From: Octopus sinensis
Taxonomy: Eukaryota
Assembly: GCF_006345805.1 (NCBI RefSeq)
Contig: NC_043015.1
Location: forward strand, 7,502,001-7,566,000
Direction: 5' to 3'
Length of the DNA: 64,000 nt
The translations under genes and the position numbers were made by a program. Below, piece by piece: positions 13,746-27,640 of the stretch. The notes beneath the pieces are model-generated. The model saw only the letters and a program-made list of their open reading frames with translations. It was not told the DNA's origin and did no database searches. Each line of letters opens with the position of its first letter. Position 1 is the stretch's first letter.

Positions 13746-14183
13746 CTAATTTCTTTATATCGTAGCGCGGACCAAACATACTCATATATATGTTTGTATA
13801 TTTGCATGTCTGTATGTATGTTTGTATGTATTATGTAAGTATGCATGTATGTAAATATATATGCATGAATGTATGTAAGTATGTATGTATATATGTATGT
13901 ATCTCTCTATCTGTCTGTCTGTCTCTCTCACTATATATATATATATATCTTTCCCTTTATACGCCCATACATAGATAGTCACACATACATTTATATATAT
14001 AGCTCCACACCAACATGCATACACATACATGCATACATACATACACACACATACGCACACGCATATATATATATATATAAAATAAGAAATGGGACAAGAA
14101 CGCAAAATATCCGGACAGTTAGGTGATACAAAAAGGGGACAACGAAACATCCAGATAGACGATACAAAGGAAACAAGAATGGG

Positions 14184-14238
<55 letters not shown>

Positions 14239-16222
14239 CTATGTTATATACACAAACACACACAGACATTAGTTGCTGCAGGGTTTATGTGAATTCAGCT
14301 GTATACATTTTTTGTGTGAATACTGAAAGTCTAGCTGGAGAGAAAATAATCTGGACGAGTAAATGGAAATATTTATGTTACACGACATAGAAGTGTAAAG
14401 ATGCAGCAGGGAGCTGATAGAGACCCTCGGTGAAGTTCGTATTAAACCCATTCTCTTCTGCTTCTTACATACGACTACGTTGGAAATTCGGAAAAGCTGC
14501 GTGAAAAATAATTGATTTATTTTGATAGCTGCAGCTTGAATCTCGTATTAGATCTTCTGTGACTATGTTCACATGTATAGCCTGGAAATATATGTTATTC
14601 TATGGAAAGTTAGCGAGTTTAATGCTATTAGCATAGTACGCCTTGTTTTAGTGTTGTATGTAGTTTAGTTTTAACAAAGTTAAGAAATTCCTATTGGAGT
14701 TACTTTCTTTTAAACGAATTCCATGTAAATCAACGCTCCGGGGCAAACTAAATAGCTTCGTTGAATTTCGGTTGTATGAGTATCTGGATATAGCTTTCAG
14801 AGTTGGTTTTGACCTGATTTTTCTTGCCTCTCTTATCTCAACACTTTAGCCATATGTATTTCTTTTCACGAACAGTTGTGATCTTGTGTCTCTCTCTTTT
14901 AAAATCGGTTTTGCTGGCTTCTAACACATATGAGAACAGCTGCTCTTCTTCACATGAAAGTGTCTTTGAGTCAAATCCTTGAAACTCGGCAGGAGAAAAT
15001 ATTGATTCCTCGCGATTGTACTTTATAAATGATGTATGTGCGTGTTTATGGGTATGTGTACTCGCGCGGGTAATCTTATACACATTATTATGCATGTGTG
15101 TTTAATTAAAACCCATAAAAGTCAACACTTCTTATTACTATTTCTGCAGACAGTATGTGTATCGTACAATGAAGTCATTCAAGAATTTATGCTAATCATT
15201 TAAATCCCTAAATCCTGGTATTACCGATAGATTCTTCCTTTTAATACTTCGCCCTGTAGAATAAATATAAAGTAGACCCTGTACCTGTTCACTCTATTTC
15301 TAGAAATACACGCCGAATTTTTCTCAAGCTACAGTCAGGCAAGATATTAACAGTTGACGCGCATCAGACATCGGAAGTCTAGATATTCCGCTTAAAATAC
15401 AGAGATATATTCATGATTTGAAAAAATTTGGATTTTATTACATTCCTGGAAGTTGGTCACTATGACAATAACAAGCATATGGAATTCCAGTGCAGCAGAA
15501 CTGTGTCAGTGAGTAACACGCCAATCTTTTGCTCAGTTAATCGTCGACGGTAATATCAAAATATTTAATGGTAACTTACTTTGAAGTTTACGTCAGACTG
15601 ACTTCACAGACTTTGAAATGAATATGTATAATTGATATTCAAAATCAGTGATTGATCTGTAAGAGAATATTTCCTATTTTACATTTCGTAAAATTACGTC
15701 CTTAGTTTAAAAGGAAATGAAATCATATTCTTGTTCGTGGAGACCAAATTAATTATCGGATTGAAGGCAAATTATTATACATGAGTCACATTGCATGGTA
15801 TAAATATTTTTTGCATACTATACATGCTTGAGAAACATTAGCAGAAAAATATTATAATTTTTTGTTCAAGAAGAAAACCCTCCAGAAGTGTAGAAATATC
15901 TTTGATTTTTAACATTTCAATTTATTTCCAAGTTATAATTCCTGTAACGGTGTAATCTTCTCGCAATCGCATGGGAAATTAATGAAAGCACCCCAGAATG
16001 AATAAAATATTAAAATCTAGAGTTTCTGGATATTAATCATAGCAATGCTGTCTCGACCATCGCTAAAAAAAATTCGAATTCAATAATTTATCACTTTAAG
16101 ATGTCATATGAAATTTATCTATGAGTCTGGTTTTTAGTAATGAACAAGCATTGTTATTCTTATATGTTTCTAGTGCTTACTATCTGAAGAGGAAAAAATA
16201 TCATATTTTGGCTGTCCTTGCA

Positions 16223-16611
16223 TCATCTCTCTCTATATAAACGGCAGTTTGTCTGTGCGTTTTCTGTGTGTCTGTTTGCTTGTACCCTCACCCTGACCAC
16301 GGCTTTCAACCGATTCTGATGAAACTTGACACACACATAGCCCAATGTCATAATTCAAAACTAACGCAGCGAAAATTTTGAAAAGTTCCCCCAGTTCTGA
16401 AAAAAATCGATAAATTCGACATGGGGTCGAGAATCAAAAAAAATAAACCACAGACTGTCTAGGGGACGCAACTCAACCTTTTTTTACTCTCAAAAAAAAA
16501 TTTACCATCATTTTTTTTCTATTTTTTTGCTATTTTTTGGCTATAACTCTCTAAAAATGCTTTATAGTTATTTCCCTTACAAACCTGAGCAACGCCGGGC
16601 GATACTGCTAG
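16223..16611 (+). mobile_element. Non-autonomous Helitron
   Basis: 5' TC after A, a subterminal hairpin CCTGAGCAACGCCGGG and a 3' CTAG followed by T. The 3' end is shared with 35961-36353. Confidence 0.8.
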
Positions 16612-17004
16612 TTGCCAATAACTGAGCAGATGGGCAATATAATCATTTAATGTATCCAATGAAGTAGTGAGGTCACTGAGAAAGTCTAGGCAATACTGTC
16701 AAATAGAATGTTGCTCATTAATTTAGATCGCCAAGGGTAATTTATATCCGACGAGTTTAGACGGTTTCACTTTGCTGACATCGACAAAACGACGTTGGCG
16801 ATCGTATTTTGCTTTAAGTGTGTGTACGTGTGCACACGTGTGTATGCATATATTTATGTCCTCTCTGTACTGAAGCAGTTCATATGAAGAAATGCAAGAG
16901 TAACAGGTGTCGATTTTTTTCCTTCTCATATCAGTATGTTACCTGGGCGCACGTCCATCTACTCCACACATAAACACACATGTCTTTTTATATTTTGATA
17001 TTAT

Positions 17005-17373
17005 CTTTTACATGGGTTAGACAGTAGATTACGGCCATGCTCGGGAACCGTCTTGAAGAAGTTTATTTAGTCGAATGAATCAATCCCAGCATTATTTCCT
17101 TATTTTTTAAGCATGATTCTTATTGAATTGATATATGCCGAACCGCTAAGTTTTGGAAGCATAAACACACTAATTGTCAGGCGGTTGTGGGAGACAACAC
17201 GGGCACAGAGACGCACACATATACACAGGTACACATACACGTACACACACACATATACAATGGACTTCTTACAGTTTCCGTCTGAAAATCCATTCACAAG
17301 CCTTTGGTCGGCACGAGGCTATAGTAGAAGATATCTGCTCAAGGTGCTACGCAATGGGACTGAACCCGCAACC
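17005..17373 (-). mobile_element. Degenerate family 1 SINE
   Basis: CAGTTTCCGTCTGAAAATCCATTCACAAGCCTTTGGTCGG and GCCGAACCGCTAAG are reverse matches to family 1. Confidence 0.75.
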
Positions 17374-18118
17374 AAGTGTGCGCGCAGATAAGTTGCAAGT
17401 AGATTCGTTTGCATATGACTCATACACAAGCTCTCAGCTTATCACTGAGTATAGAGTGTTTGGTTGAACCACATCAATCTCTCTTCCTTCCTCCTCCTCA
17501 CCAACTCATTCATTCAGTCACTCTCTCATTTGCTCTACTCTCACATTGTTCTCTATCGCTTGTTACTTCAAATCCAAGAAAATCAAAACCAGTTTCGACT
17601 ATTCATTGCCGTCTTATCAAATACGTCTATTCGATTTCTTACCAGACAAAAGAAGCAGGTTAGAGCTACAGACGAAAAATACTAAAGCAATAAAAGCCAC
17701 ACTTTCACATTTGAATATCTGTTCATAGACTGGCCATGTTATTTTATAATACTTCAACATAATTGCTCAAAAACAGCTTTTTCTCAGTAGATTACAAACG
17801 GTCATGCAATAATAAGAAAGTTAGAGCAATTGAGAAGATCGAAGGCGATGTTGTTTTGAATATAACTTCTACGTCTGTTCGATTGCGTTCTTAGAATGGT
17901 TTTGAAGGACCTCCACACACACACACGTTCTTATATGCATATGTATATAAGCATGCACGTACGCACACAAGCACGTAATACATACATGCACACATACATA
18001 TATTTATATATATATATATATATATGAATATATAAGAATATATAAGCAGACCTGCGTATATACATATACACACACATGCCCATATATATGCAATCATACA
18101 CGCATAAGTAAATGTATG

Positions 18119-18169
<51 letters not shown>

Positions 18170-18699
18170 TATCTGTGTGTGCATGTGTTTGTGTGTGTGC
18201 TTGTATTATTGTGCGTGTGTATGCTTGTGAGTCTCTGTATCTCTGTCTATCTGTTTCCGTGTATTTGCAGCATGCTAGAATGACAAATAGAGAGAGATTG
18301 AGAGTGAGAGAGAGAGAGAGAGAGAAACAGAGGACGAAACAGCGGGAGAACGTCTGCGTGTGTATGATGGGTTGTCAGTGTTTCATGCTGACTAAACATG
18401 CTGCGCTAGGAAACCATGAGTGAAAGACAATGCGTGCTATCGTAAGAAACTGTCATCCTCGTATATTCATAAAGACTGTCATTTTGAGCATTGAATTCTT
18501 CTTCTGTAGGTAAATTATAGTCTGAGATAATGCGAAATTCGCTTTGTTGTATATTCTGCCATTTCTTTTGCTTCTGTGAGGAAGCACTGTAGGTCACGGA
18601 AAAAAAAAACTGTCAAAATTCATGAAGGATTAAATTTGGGATATGGCAGACAGACTAAGATTTTCTTTCTCCTTCTGAGTTTGTCAGACTGGCTTTGTG

Positions 18700-18786
18700 T
18701 GCGTGTGTGTAAGTTCATGTGTGTGAGAGTGTGTGTATGCGTGTGCGCACATGTGTGTATGAATATATTTTGTGCATGCATGCATG

Positions 18787-18823
<37 letters not shown>

Positions 18824-18877
18824 GCACACACATATATATATATACACACACATATATATATATATATATACACACAC

Positions 18878-18908
<31 letters not shown>

Positions 18909-19485
18909 TATATATATATAACACACACACACACATATATATATATACACACACATATATATATATAATATACACACACATATATATTATATACACACAC
19001 ACACACACATATATATATACCACACCCACACATATACACACACACACACACATATATAATACACACACACACATATATATACACACACCACACATATATA
19101 TATACACACACACACACATATATATACACACACACACACATATATATATACACACACACACACATATATATATACACACACACACATATATATATATACA
19201 CACACACACATATATATACACACACACACATATCTATATACACACACACACATATATACACACACACACACATAATATATACACACACCACACACATATA
19301 TATACACACACACACATATATATACACACACACACACATATATATATATTACACACACACAATATATATATATATACACACACACATATATATACACACC
19401 ACACACACAGATATATATACACACACACACACATATACACACACCACACACACACATATAATATATATATATATACAACACACAC

Positions 19486-19518
<33 letters not shown>

Positions 19519-20041
19519 TATATATATATACACAACACACACACCATATATATATACAACACACACACACACATTATATATATACAACACACACACATAT
19601 ATATATACACACACACACACACATATATATACAACACACACACACACATATATATACCACACACCACACATATATATACACAACACACACACACACATAT
19701 ATATACCACACACACACACATATATATATCACACACCACATATATATATATACACACAATATATATACACACACACACACATATATATATACACACACAC
19801 CATATATATATACACACACATATATATATACACACACATAATATATACACACACATATATATATACACACACATATATATATACACACACATATATATAT
19901 ATACACACACATATTATATACACACACACACACATATATATATACAACACCACACACATATATATATATCACACACACACACATATAATACACACACACA
20001 CATATATATACACACACACAATATATATATATATATATATA

Positions 20042-20084
<43 letters not shown>

Positions 20085-20100
20085 ACACACACACACACAA
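18700..20100. repeat. 1.4 kb compound (TA)n(CA)n satellite
   Basis: Directly visible; source of the 471-aa and 307-aa spurious ORFs. Confidence 0.97.
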
Positions 20101-20396
20101 ACACAGAAGTGGGGACTATAAAATTTTCCGATAGAATCAGGTATTTAAATAGTAAAAGCCACAAAGTAGAGTCCGGGGGAGGGGACAGTGTGCTGATGCA
20201 CTAACAATGTGTACTGACATATATTCACCCTCCCAGCAGTAAATGCTCGGTAGGGTCATTTTGCACTACGTTCTATCTTCTGAGAAATTCTAGGTGTAAA
20301 CGTCTTTTCCCCTGTGCATGATGCAACGCTGTTGCTCATAAGAACATGTCTGAAACAGCTCTAGTGAATCTGAACCTACCTGTATCTGTATTATTG

Positions 20397-20443
<47 letters not shown>

Positions 20444-21129
20444 ATATGAGAGGGATGTACGGACAATCGCGTAAGTAAAATTACATAATGTGTTAATAGT
20501 GAAGCATGTATGTGAATAATCCATATTTTTGCTGCTTTTCATTTGTCTTGCTCGATTACGTTCTGGTGTTTGCAAAATTTTTCTTGAGAACATTTCTTAG
20601 TGGTAAGACCATAGCGGATCTACTTCTAGCATAATGTTTGTCCACATAGTGGTCATCCCTCTCATATATATATAATACAATTTTCCTGAACCTTCAAATT
20701 TTTATATGCTAGACCACTGGTGTGAAACTGATGCTAAAACTAATATCAAATTTCTCACCCTCATTTTAAACATATATATATTCATATAAATTAAACATTA
20801 TATCATTAATAGCGATAGCGAAACCGGTCGCTATATTAAGAATTATATTAAAACCATGTAAGTGTGCGTATTTTCCTTTTTTAATTTCTTTATATATATA
20901 TAAGCAATAATATGTGTGTGTGTGTGTGTGTGTGTGTCTGTGAATAGTATGTACATATGATGACTGTGTGTGCGTAAGGAAGCAAACGGAACCCCAAATG
21001 AGAAGCTCTCATACATACATAAACAGTACTGTCAGCTCCCAATAGCTTTTTAAAATCTGATTTCTAACATTAGTAATAGGATATCAAATCAATCTTCTTC
21101 TAAACAAATATTGGTTTACGCAGCTCCCT

Positions 21130-21960
21130 GCTATAATAGAACCGTAGCTAATCCCAGCTAGCAGCGGCTTCTAATATAGGGAATATGGAAACTCTTTAGG
21201 TGAAAATACGAACCGTAAAAATAGACCAAAAAGAAACCTAGGGAAATAATTTGGTTCACCCCTCCTTTCTCCGTTCTTGTCACTTTCAGTGAAACATTTT
21301 TCAATAAATCATAAATGCAGAAGAATTTCTAACAGGCGCCTAATAAAAATATCATTGAGCTGCTGTTCCAATATAAAGAACATCATAACTCGCAAAATTC
21401 AGCAATAGAACACTCTCAGTTGCAAATGTCGAGACTCTGAAGCTTGATCAAGCGTGTATGATAAACTCCATCACATATGAGCTTTGTAGTTACAGCTATA
21501 CTCCAAAACAAATCAACTGAAAAGAATTACATGGGGTTATGTGAAGGCATATTCAGGAGAATCATGAAAATTCCCTCATCTCCTTTGCAGCACATTGATA
21601 AAAGTAATGCCACAAAGTCGGCGAGTCACTTAAGAAATTTGAAGAACGGCTCTACACCGAAAACGATTAAGTGGAAAATAGTGGAGGAATCCAAGCTATA
21701 CGTTAATGGATCTAAGAAATGTTACTTATGCGTAGCAGAGAATCCCATATTCATCTTCGATCCAGCAATTCCAACACACTGCTTAATTTGAGATCTGAAA
21801 TTTTAGCAGCTGTAGACACATGGATAGGTTTCTTTTAACTAATTGGAGGACAGCACTCGCCACAGATTGAGTAGCTGTTTAGCAGACTTTGACTAAACCA
21901 CCTGTATTTAATGAGTTACCTGTAATCAGGGAGGGAGAGGGTCGTACGACGTGATCTTTG
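21130..21960 (+). pseudogene. Decayed Penelope-like element, GIY-YIG endonuclease region
   Basis: Frameshifted translation gives WFTPPFS...CKCRD...KNYMGLCEGIFRR...IKWKIVEESK...SKKCYLCVAE...LLNLRSEILAACRH, matching the C-terminal pattern of PLE ORFs. Confidence 0.85.
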
Positions 21961-21988
21961 TTTTTTCTTGTGCTATTATTCACACCGT

Positions 21989-22297
21989 GAGGCGCAGTAG
22001 CCTGGTGGTTAGATCAGTGGACTCGCGGTCGGAGGATCGCAGTTTCGATTTCCAGACCGGGCGTTGTGCGTGTTTATTGAGCGAAAAGACCTAAAGCTCC
22101 ACGAGGCTCCGACAGGGGTAGGTTAGCGACCTCTGTTGTACTCTTTCGCCTCAACTTTCTCTCACACTTTCTTCCTGTTTCTTGGTAAACGCTGCGATGG
22201 ACTGGCGTCCCGTCCAGCTAGGGAGAACACATACGCCACAGAAACCGGGAAACCGAGCCCATGAACCTGGCTAGGCTTGAAAATTGCGCATAAAAAA
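21989..22297 (+). mobile_element. Family 3 SINE, tail variant B (V-domain-like), with 12-bp TSD
   Basis: ATTATTCACACC at 21975-21986 and 22298-22309. Contains GCTGCGATGGACTGGCGTCCCGTCCAG and ends in an A-run. Confidence 0.9.
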
Positions 22298-23205
22298 ATT
22301 ATTCACACCAACGTTCTGCACGTTTTTTCCATGTATTTTCTTATTTTCTTACAATCCAGCGTCCATGTTTTTAAATATTATTAATAACAGAGTCTGACAG
22401 ATTACGTTAAGATACATAACGTATTTTATAAAATATGCCTGTTCAAGTATTATAATAGCATGAAATTGTTAGTAGAGCTTTCGGTTGTGTATTTAGTTTA
22501 TATATTTATGTGTATGAGTGTGTTTGTGTGTGAGAGTGCATGTATGTGTATACACATGAGTAAAATGCATAAGCAGAAAGTGTATGAAAGTATACGTATA
22601 TATACGTGTGTGTGTTTATGCGTATGTATATTACATAATTGCTACTTGGCCGTGGTTACACAACAGGGAGAGCATGCATTTGTTTTCTAATACATTATTA
22701 TACATAATCATTATCATCCATAGAAGGCACTCTTAAATGAATGTGTTCATATTGCTATATTCAACAATGTGCTAATTAAATATACAATTTGCATACCATT
22801 AAAGGTAATAAAATTACTTGACTTGCTACCCTTTGTACGTTAGGCACGCACACAAACACTTACAAATGCGCGCGCATATGCTCTTATAATATTTATTACA
22901 TCATTTTGAATTCTTATTGCCTTGTGTGTGATGAGCTAATGCTGATGTATTTGTTATGCTTCTGCTGCTGGTGTTCATGGTAATAATGATGATTATATGT
23001 TGCTGGGGGCGATTGTTCTATGATCCACTTTTATGTATTCACAGATATATCTTTTGCTTTTACCATAGTGTGCACAATATCTGAAGTGTTGATAGTATTT
23101 CCAACAGGCCGAGCAACTGCATATAGGTCCCAACTTTGACTACTTTTTTGTTTATACAATCATAAAATTTTCTCTCAAATTGAGTAAAAATAATACTTCA
23201 CTTTC

Positions 23206-23313
23206 GGCGTGGATGTGTGGTAAGAAGCATGCTTCTCAGCAAGTGTCTTCTACTATAGCCTCGGGCCTACCAAAGCCTTGTGAGTGGATTTGGTTGAAGG
23301 AAACTGCAAGAAT

Positions 23314-23320
<7 letters not shown>
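23206..23320 (+). mobile_element. Internally deleted family 1 SINE, left half
   Basis: GTGTGGTAAGAAGC joined directly to CAAGTGTCTTCTACTATAGCCTCGGG. Confidence 0.75.
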
Positions 23321-23355
<35 letters not shown>

Positions 23356-23862
23356 TGTAAGTTGTTGTTACTGCTATTGTTGTTTTATAGCCCTATATAC
23401 ACCTGAATTGAGGATAAAATGACTTCTGTTTCTGACCGGCCCTTCCTTTTGTATACTTGCGTCTATGTTATCCAGTTGTTCTTCCTCTTGTTATGGACAA
23501 AAGATTTTATTTGGTTTCTATAATTATTTGGTTTCTATAATTATCAGTTCAAGCGACATCAAAGTATCGTTGAGCAATACATTCTTAGCAGTTAGCATTA
23601 TGTGTATGATTTAAATAGGATTTCAGTGTTTGTTAATATACGCATATAAAAGGCTTTTAAAATGGAAATAAACAGAAACGATCATTACTCTGTCTTGTGG
23701 AAGACAATTTAGAGGAAGCAGATGTGTATCAAACAAGAAGAAAAGTACCACAATACATCGAAATGAGAAGAGTAGAAATAACGCATCGAAGCAAAAACAA
23801 AATATCTATGCTACATATTGTCTTGCCTTTTTATGATCTCTATATGGATAAAAGGATAAATA

Positions 23863-23903
<41 letters not shown>

Positions 23904-24586
23904 CATTTGAATTTATGAAAACATACGTAGTTTATGGACCTTCCCCCGATGTCGAAGAGGGTTGTCTACCACATATAAATTCTGTGAGACAATCATATCC
24001 CTACTTATGCATAATCCACAAGCCAAACAGCACGATTTTTATTTGTTGTCTCGCAGGAGTAGAGATAGTGTGTTAGTCGACGGTGTTGCTTTCATACTTG
24101 GTTAAATGTTACATAGTTGATGAAGTGACATTTTCGGCTGGATACATTCTCGTAGCACTGGCAATAGATATGTGGTCACATTCTCGTCAAGATAATATCT
24201 CATATACCTACTAAACATGAACCCACTCACTCATCGAATCACATTTGTAACATTGCAGGGACAATGTTACTTAGTAGGTTTACAGAAGAGAGAACAGTAA
24301 CACAAAAAAAGGAGATTAATTTGATGTAAGAAATGAGATTTTGAGGATACAGGTAAAGTAATTTGAACAATGATAGTAGAGATGGGCACTAGTAGCAGTA
24401 GATGAAGCCAAAAGTAGGTGAAATGTGACAAAAAAGTTCCCCTTACCACACGGTCAACCTCTATTTAATAATATTTTGGATTAGCTGATAATGACTTGTA
24501 AACCATCGAGAAGACTAACTCATAGTAAATTCCATCTAATGTAGTGATGGAAAAGCAGAAGCTTTAAAATATTTCAGGCCATACCA

Positions 24587-24990
24587 GGAGTGGCTGTCTG
24601 GTAAGTAGCTTGCTAACCAACCACATGGTTCCGGGTTCAGTCCCACTGCGTGGCATCTTGGGCAAGTGTCTTCTGCTATAGCCCCGGGCCGACCAATGCC
24701 TTGTGAGTGGATTTGGTAGACGGAAACTGAAAGAAGCCTGTCGTATATATCTATATATATATATGTATATGTGTGTGTGTGTGTTTGTGTGTCTGTGTTT
24801 GTCCCCCTAACATTGCTTGACAACCGATGTTGGCTTGTATATTTACGTCCCCGTCACTTAGCGGTTCGGCAAAAGAGACCGATAGAATAAGTACTGGGCT
24901 TACAAAGAATAAGTTCCGGGGTCGATTTGCTCGACTAAAGGCGGTGCTCCAGCATGGCCGCAGTCAAATGAATGAAACAAGTAAAACAGA
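24587..24990 (+). mobile_element. Full-length family 1 SINE
   Basis: Aligns end to end with 5879-6287. Confidence 0.9.
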
Positions 24991-27279
24991 AAGAGAGAGC
25001 TTGGGGATTTTGACGCTTTGGCGCAAAATTTTGTTGTTACTTACATTAGTTTCTATATTCTAGTTTGCACCCTCAATTCTTACTTTTCTTTATATGCAGC
25101 ATTTTATATTTTGAAGGTAGTATATAATGCACCAGATTATACTACCAAGTTAAGAAGGTGAAGGTAATGGAAGGGTGGATGGGCACTCTCTAGCAGTTGA
25201 AAGCAAATAAATATTCACAGATGCGAATTAACACGCACACACACACAGTAAGCATTCACAGTTTCCTCCTTCCAGATTCGAAATCATTTGCGAGGATAAA
25301 ACCGAAAACATTTAGTTGTAAATCGAACTTACTGCCATGCCTATATCATTCATAAATTTATAACATTCAAATATTTATAACTAAATAAATCTTAGTCGTT
25401 AATGTTTATATTACTTAAATGCAAAAGTAAATTCATGTACGATTTATAATAAATTCCATTAATAGTATGTCTACTTCATTAATATGAATATGTAAATCAT
25501 CAAAGAATTATGCTTTTATAGCAAGTTAAGTGGATGATTTTTCTACGACTCTAAAACTATTTAATAAATTTGGCGAATTATACATTTAAAGAAATGTTGA
25601 TATGATCTCTGGGCATAGCACAAATTCGATTCGCAATTGCAACAATTTCAAATTAGACTTACACCTCTTATACATTCACTAACCCACAACAGAAAAAAAA
25701 ACATTCACGTGCAAATATACCATACCATAGAATCATACGTAGAATCTGACTTCTCCGTAATAAATCGATATAGCCTATTGATTTCTATTTGTCATTAAGT
25801 TTAATAACAATCTATAGACCTAATAGGTTAAAAGGAAAAAGATCAAAATAAAGCAAAGAAAATATTTTTGCGTGTAGCAACATGAGATCAAGTTTATAAA
25901 CAATGGTTATTTCAATTGTAAAACATTAAAATTATTGAATTTGTATGTGTCTCAGGAGATTAAATGAGCAAAGTAATTTTTTCCTGGAGTCTAAATTAAA
26001 TCGCATGGAGAATGAATGCTTCCCTGGCTGAATGGAGAAGATAACTAATCTTAAGTTATCTCTATAATCACGGCAAAATTTAAAAATAGCTCTGCTTGCT
26101 GAAGCGTCTAGACAAGAATACAAAGTAATAATATCTTTATAGTCAATTTAGAAACGAAAAATTCGATAAATTGTGATTGACTTTTGGGCATAGAAAAACA
26201 TAATATTTTCACGACCAACTAATCTACTTTTTAGAAACTTACAAAGTTCAGTTAATTCATAAAACTCGTGTTCAGCTGCAATTTTTAGAAAAACATTATA
26301 TATCTATGTCATGCTTATGTGTTTCCAATGAAAAATAAATTGTACACGAATATTTCCTGTGAAATATTGTATCTGCTTTGGATGCCGATGTTTTGTTATC
26401 ACATTCGAATACAATATTATGTTTTAAATTGGCAGGGTTCCCTTTTATGGTAGCTAACATTGCCTTTTGTTATTTTAAAAATAGTTTTGTAAATGTCTCC
26501 ATCTCTAATAACACTCGATGATACTGACTCTGATTAAAACACAATACCTATTAAGTTTTTGAAAGGGGACGAATCATTGATGAAAACATTTAAACCTAGA
26601 AGTTCATTTACTACCACGCTGTTTTATATGGGGGAACTTTGCCAACATTATATTGATTTACTTGTTTCGTTTTGTATTAAGAGAAACAATATATACAATA
26701 TATAAAAGCATAAATAATGACCATACTAAACTACTTTCAATAAACCTCCATTCTTCTATCAGTTTTTGGGCTTTAGATATTGTGACATCTAAGGACAAAT
26801 ATCATTGATTTAAAGCAATATTAATTTCGTTAGGTTATATCATGAAATCAAATTCACTTGAATGTTCTTGTAACAATAAAAATGTTGATCATTTTCCCAC
26901 CAAAATGCGTATTGTGAGATGTTTGCACTACGTAATTTTTTTGCTATATTACGTCCTCGCTTATTGCCCATTACTCAAAACGTAGAAAAACAGAATTTTC
27001 TTTATTCTTTCTTTCCATTTTATGTGCTACATAAAAGACTACTCTATATGTCTAGGCACTTTCAAACATGATTTAATGTTGATATCTGCTTTCTCAATTT
27101 TTTCCACCTCTCCATCTTCCATTTAAAAGCCATTATGTTTAAATATTAAGCTAGAAGATTGCTTTATTTCTGCATTTTCTCTTTTTCTTTCCTTTTTCAT
27201 CTCTTTCACTCTGTCGCTGTTCGCTCTCGTTATATGTCTTCTTTGCTCTTCTCTCTCTCTTTCTATGTCTGTGTGTATG

Positions 27280-27397
27280 TATATATATATATATATGTAG
27301 GTATATATATATATATTTATAGGTATATATATATATATATATATATATATGCATACATATATAGACACACACAACTCATAGAGATGCATGGATGCAT

Positions 27398-27433
<36 letters not shown>

Positions 27434-27519
27434 CATACATGTATATATACGAATTTATATCTATATATATATGTCTATGAATATGTATATATATATATAT
27501 ATATCCATACACACATTGT

Positions 27520-27566
<47 letters not shown>

Positions 27567-27581
27567 CCATACACACATTTT

Positions 27582-27620
<39 letters not shown>

Positions 27621-27640
27621 CACACATATATATATATATT
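27280..27640. repeat. (TA)n-rich microsatellite
   Basis: Directly visible. Confidence 0.9.

Noticed and set aside
14838-15095. ORF with KTLSCEEEQLFSYVLEAS, faintly like a pogo/CENP-B HTH
   Set aside because: Too short and no TIRs or further motifs.
12243-20164. Long ORFs of 150-471 aa rich in Y/I/T/H/C/V
   Set aside because: They are translations of (TA)n/(CA)n repeats, which lack stops in some frames. The same applies to ORFs at 27, 40, 42, 47 and 59.5 kb.
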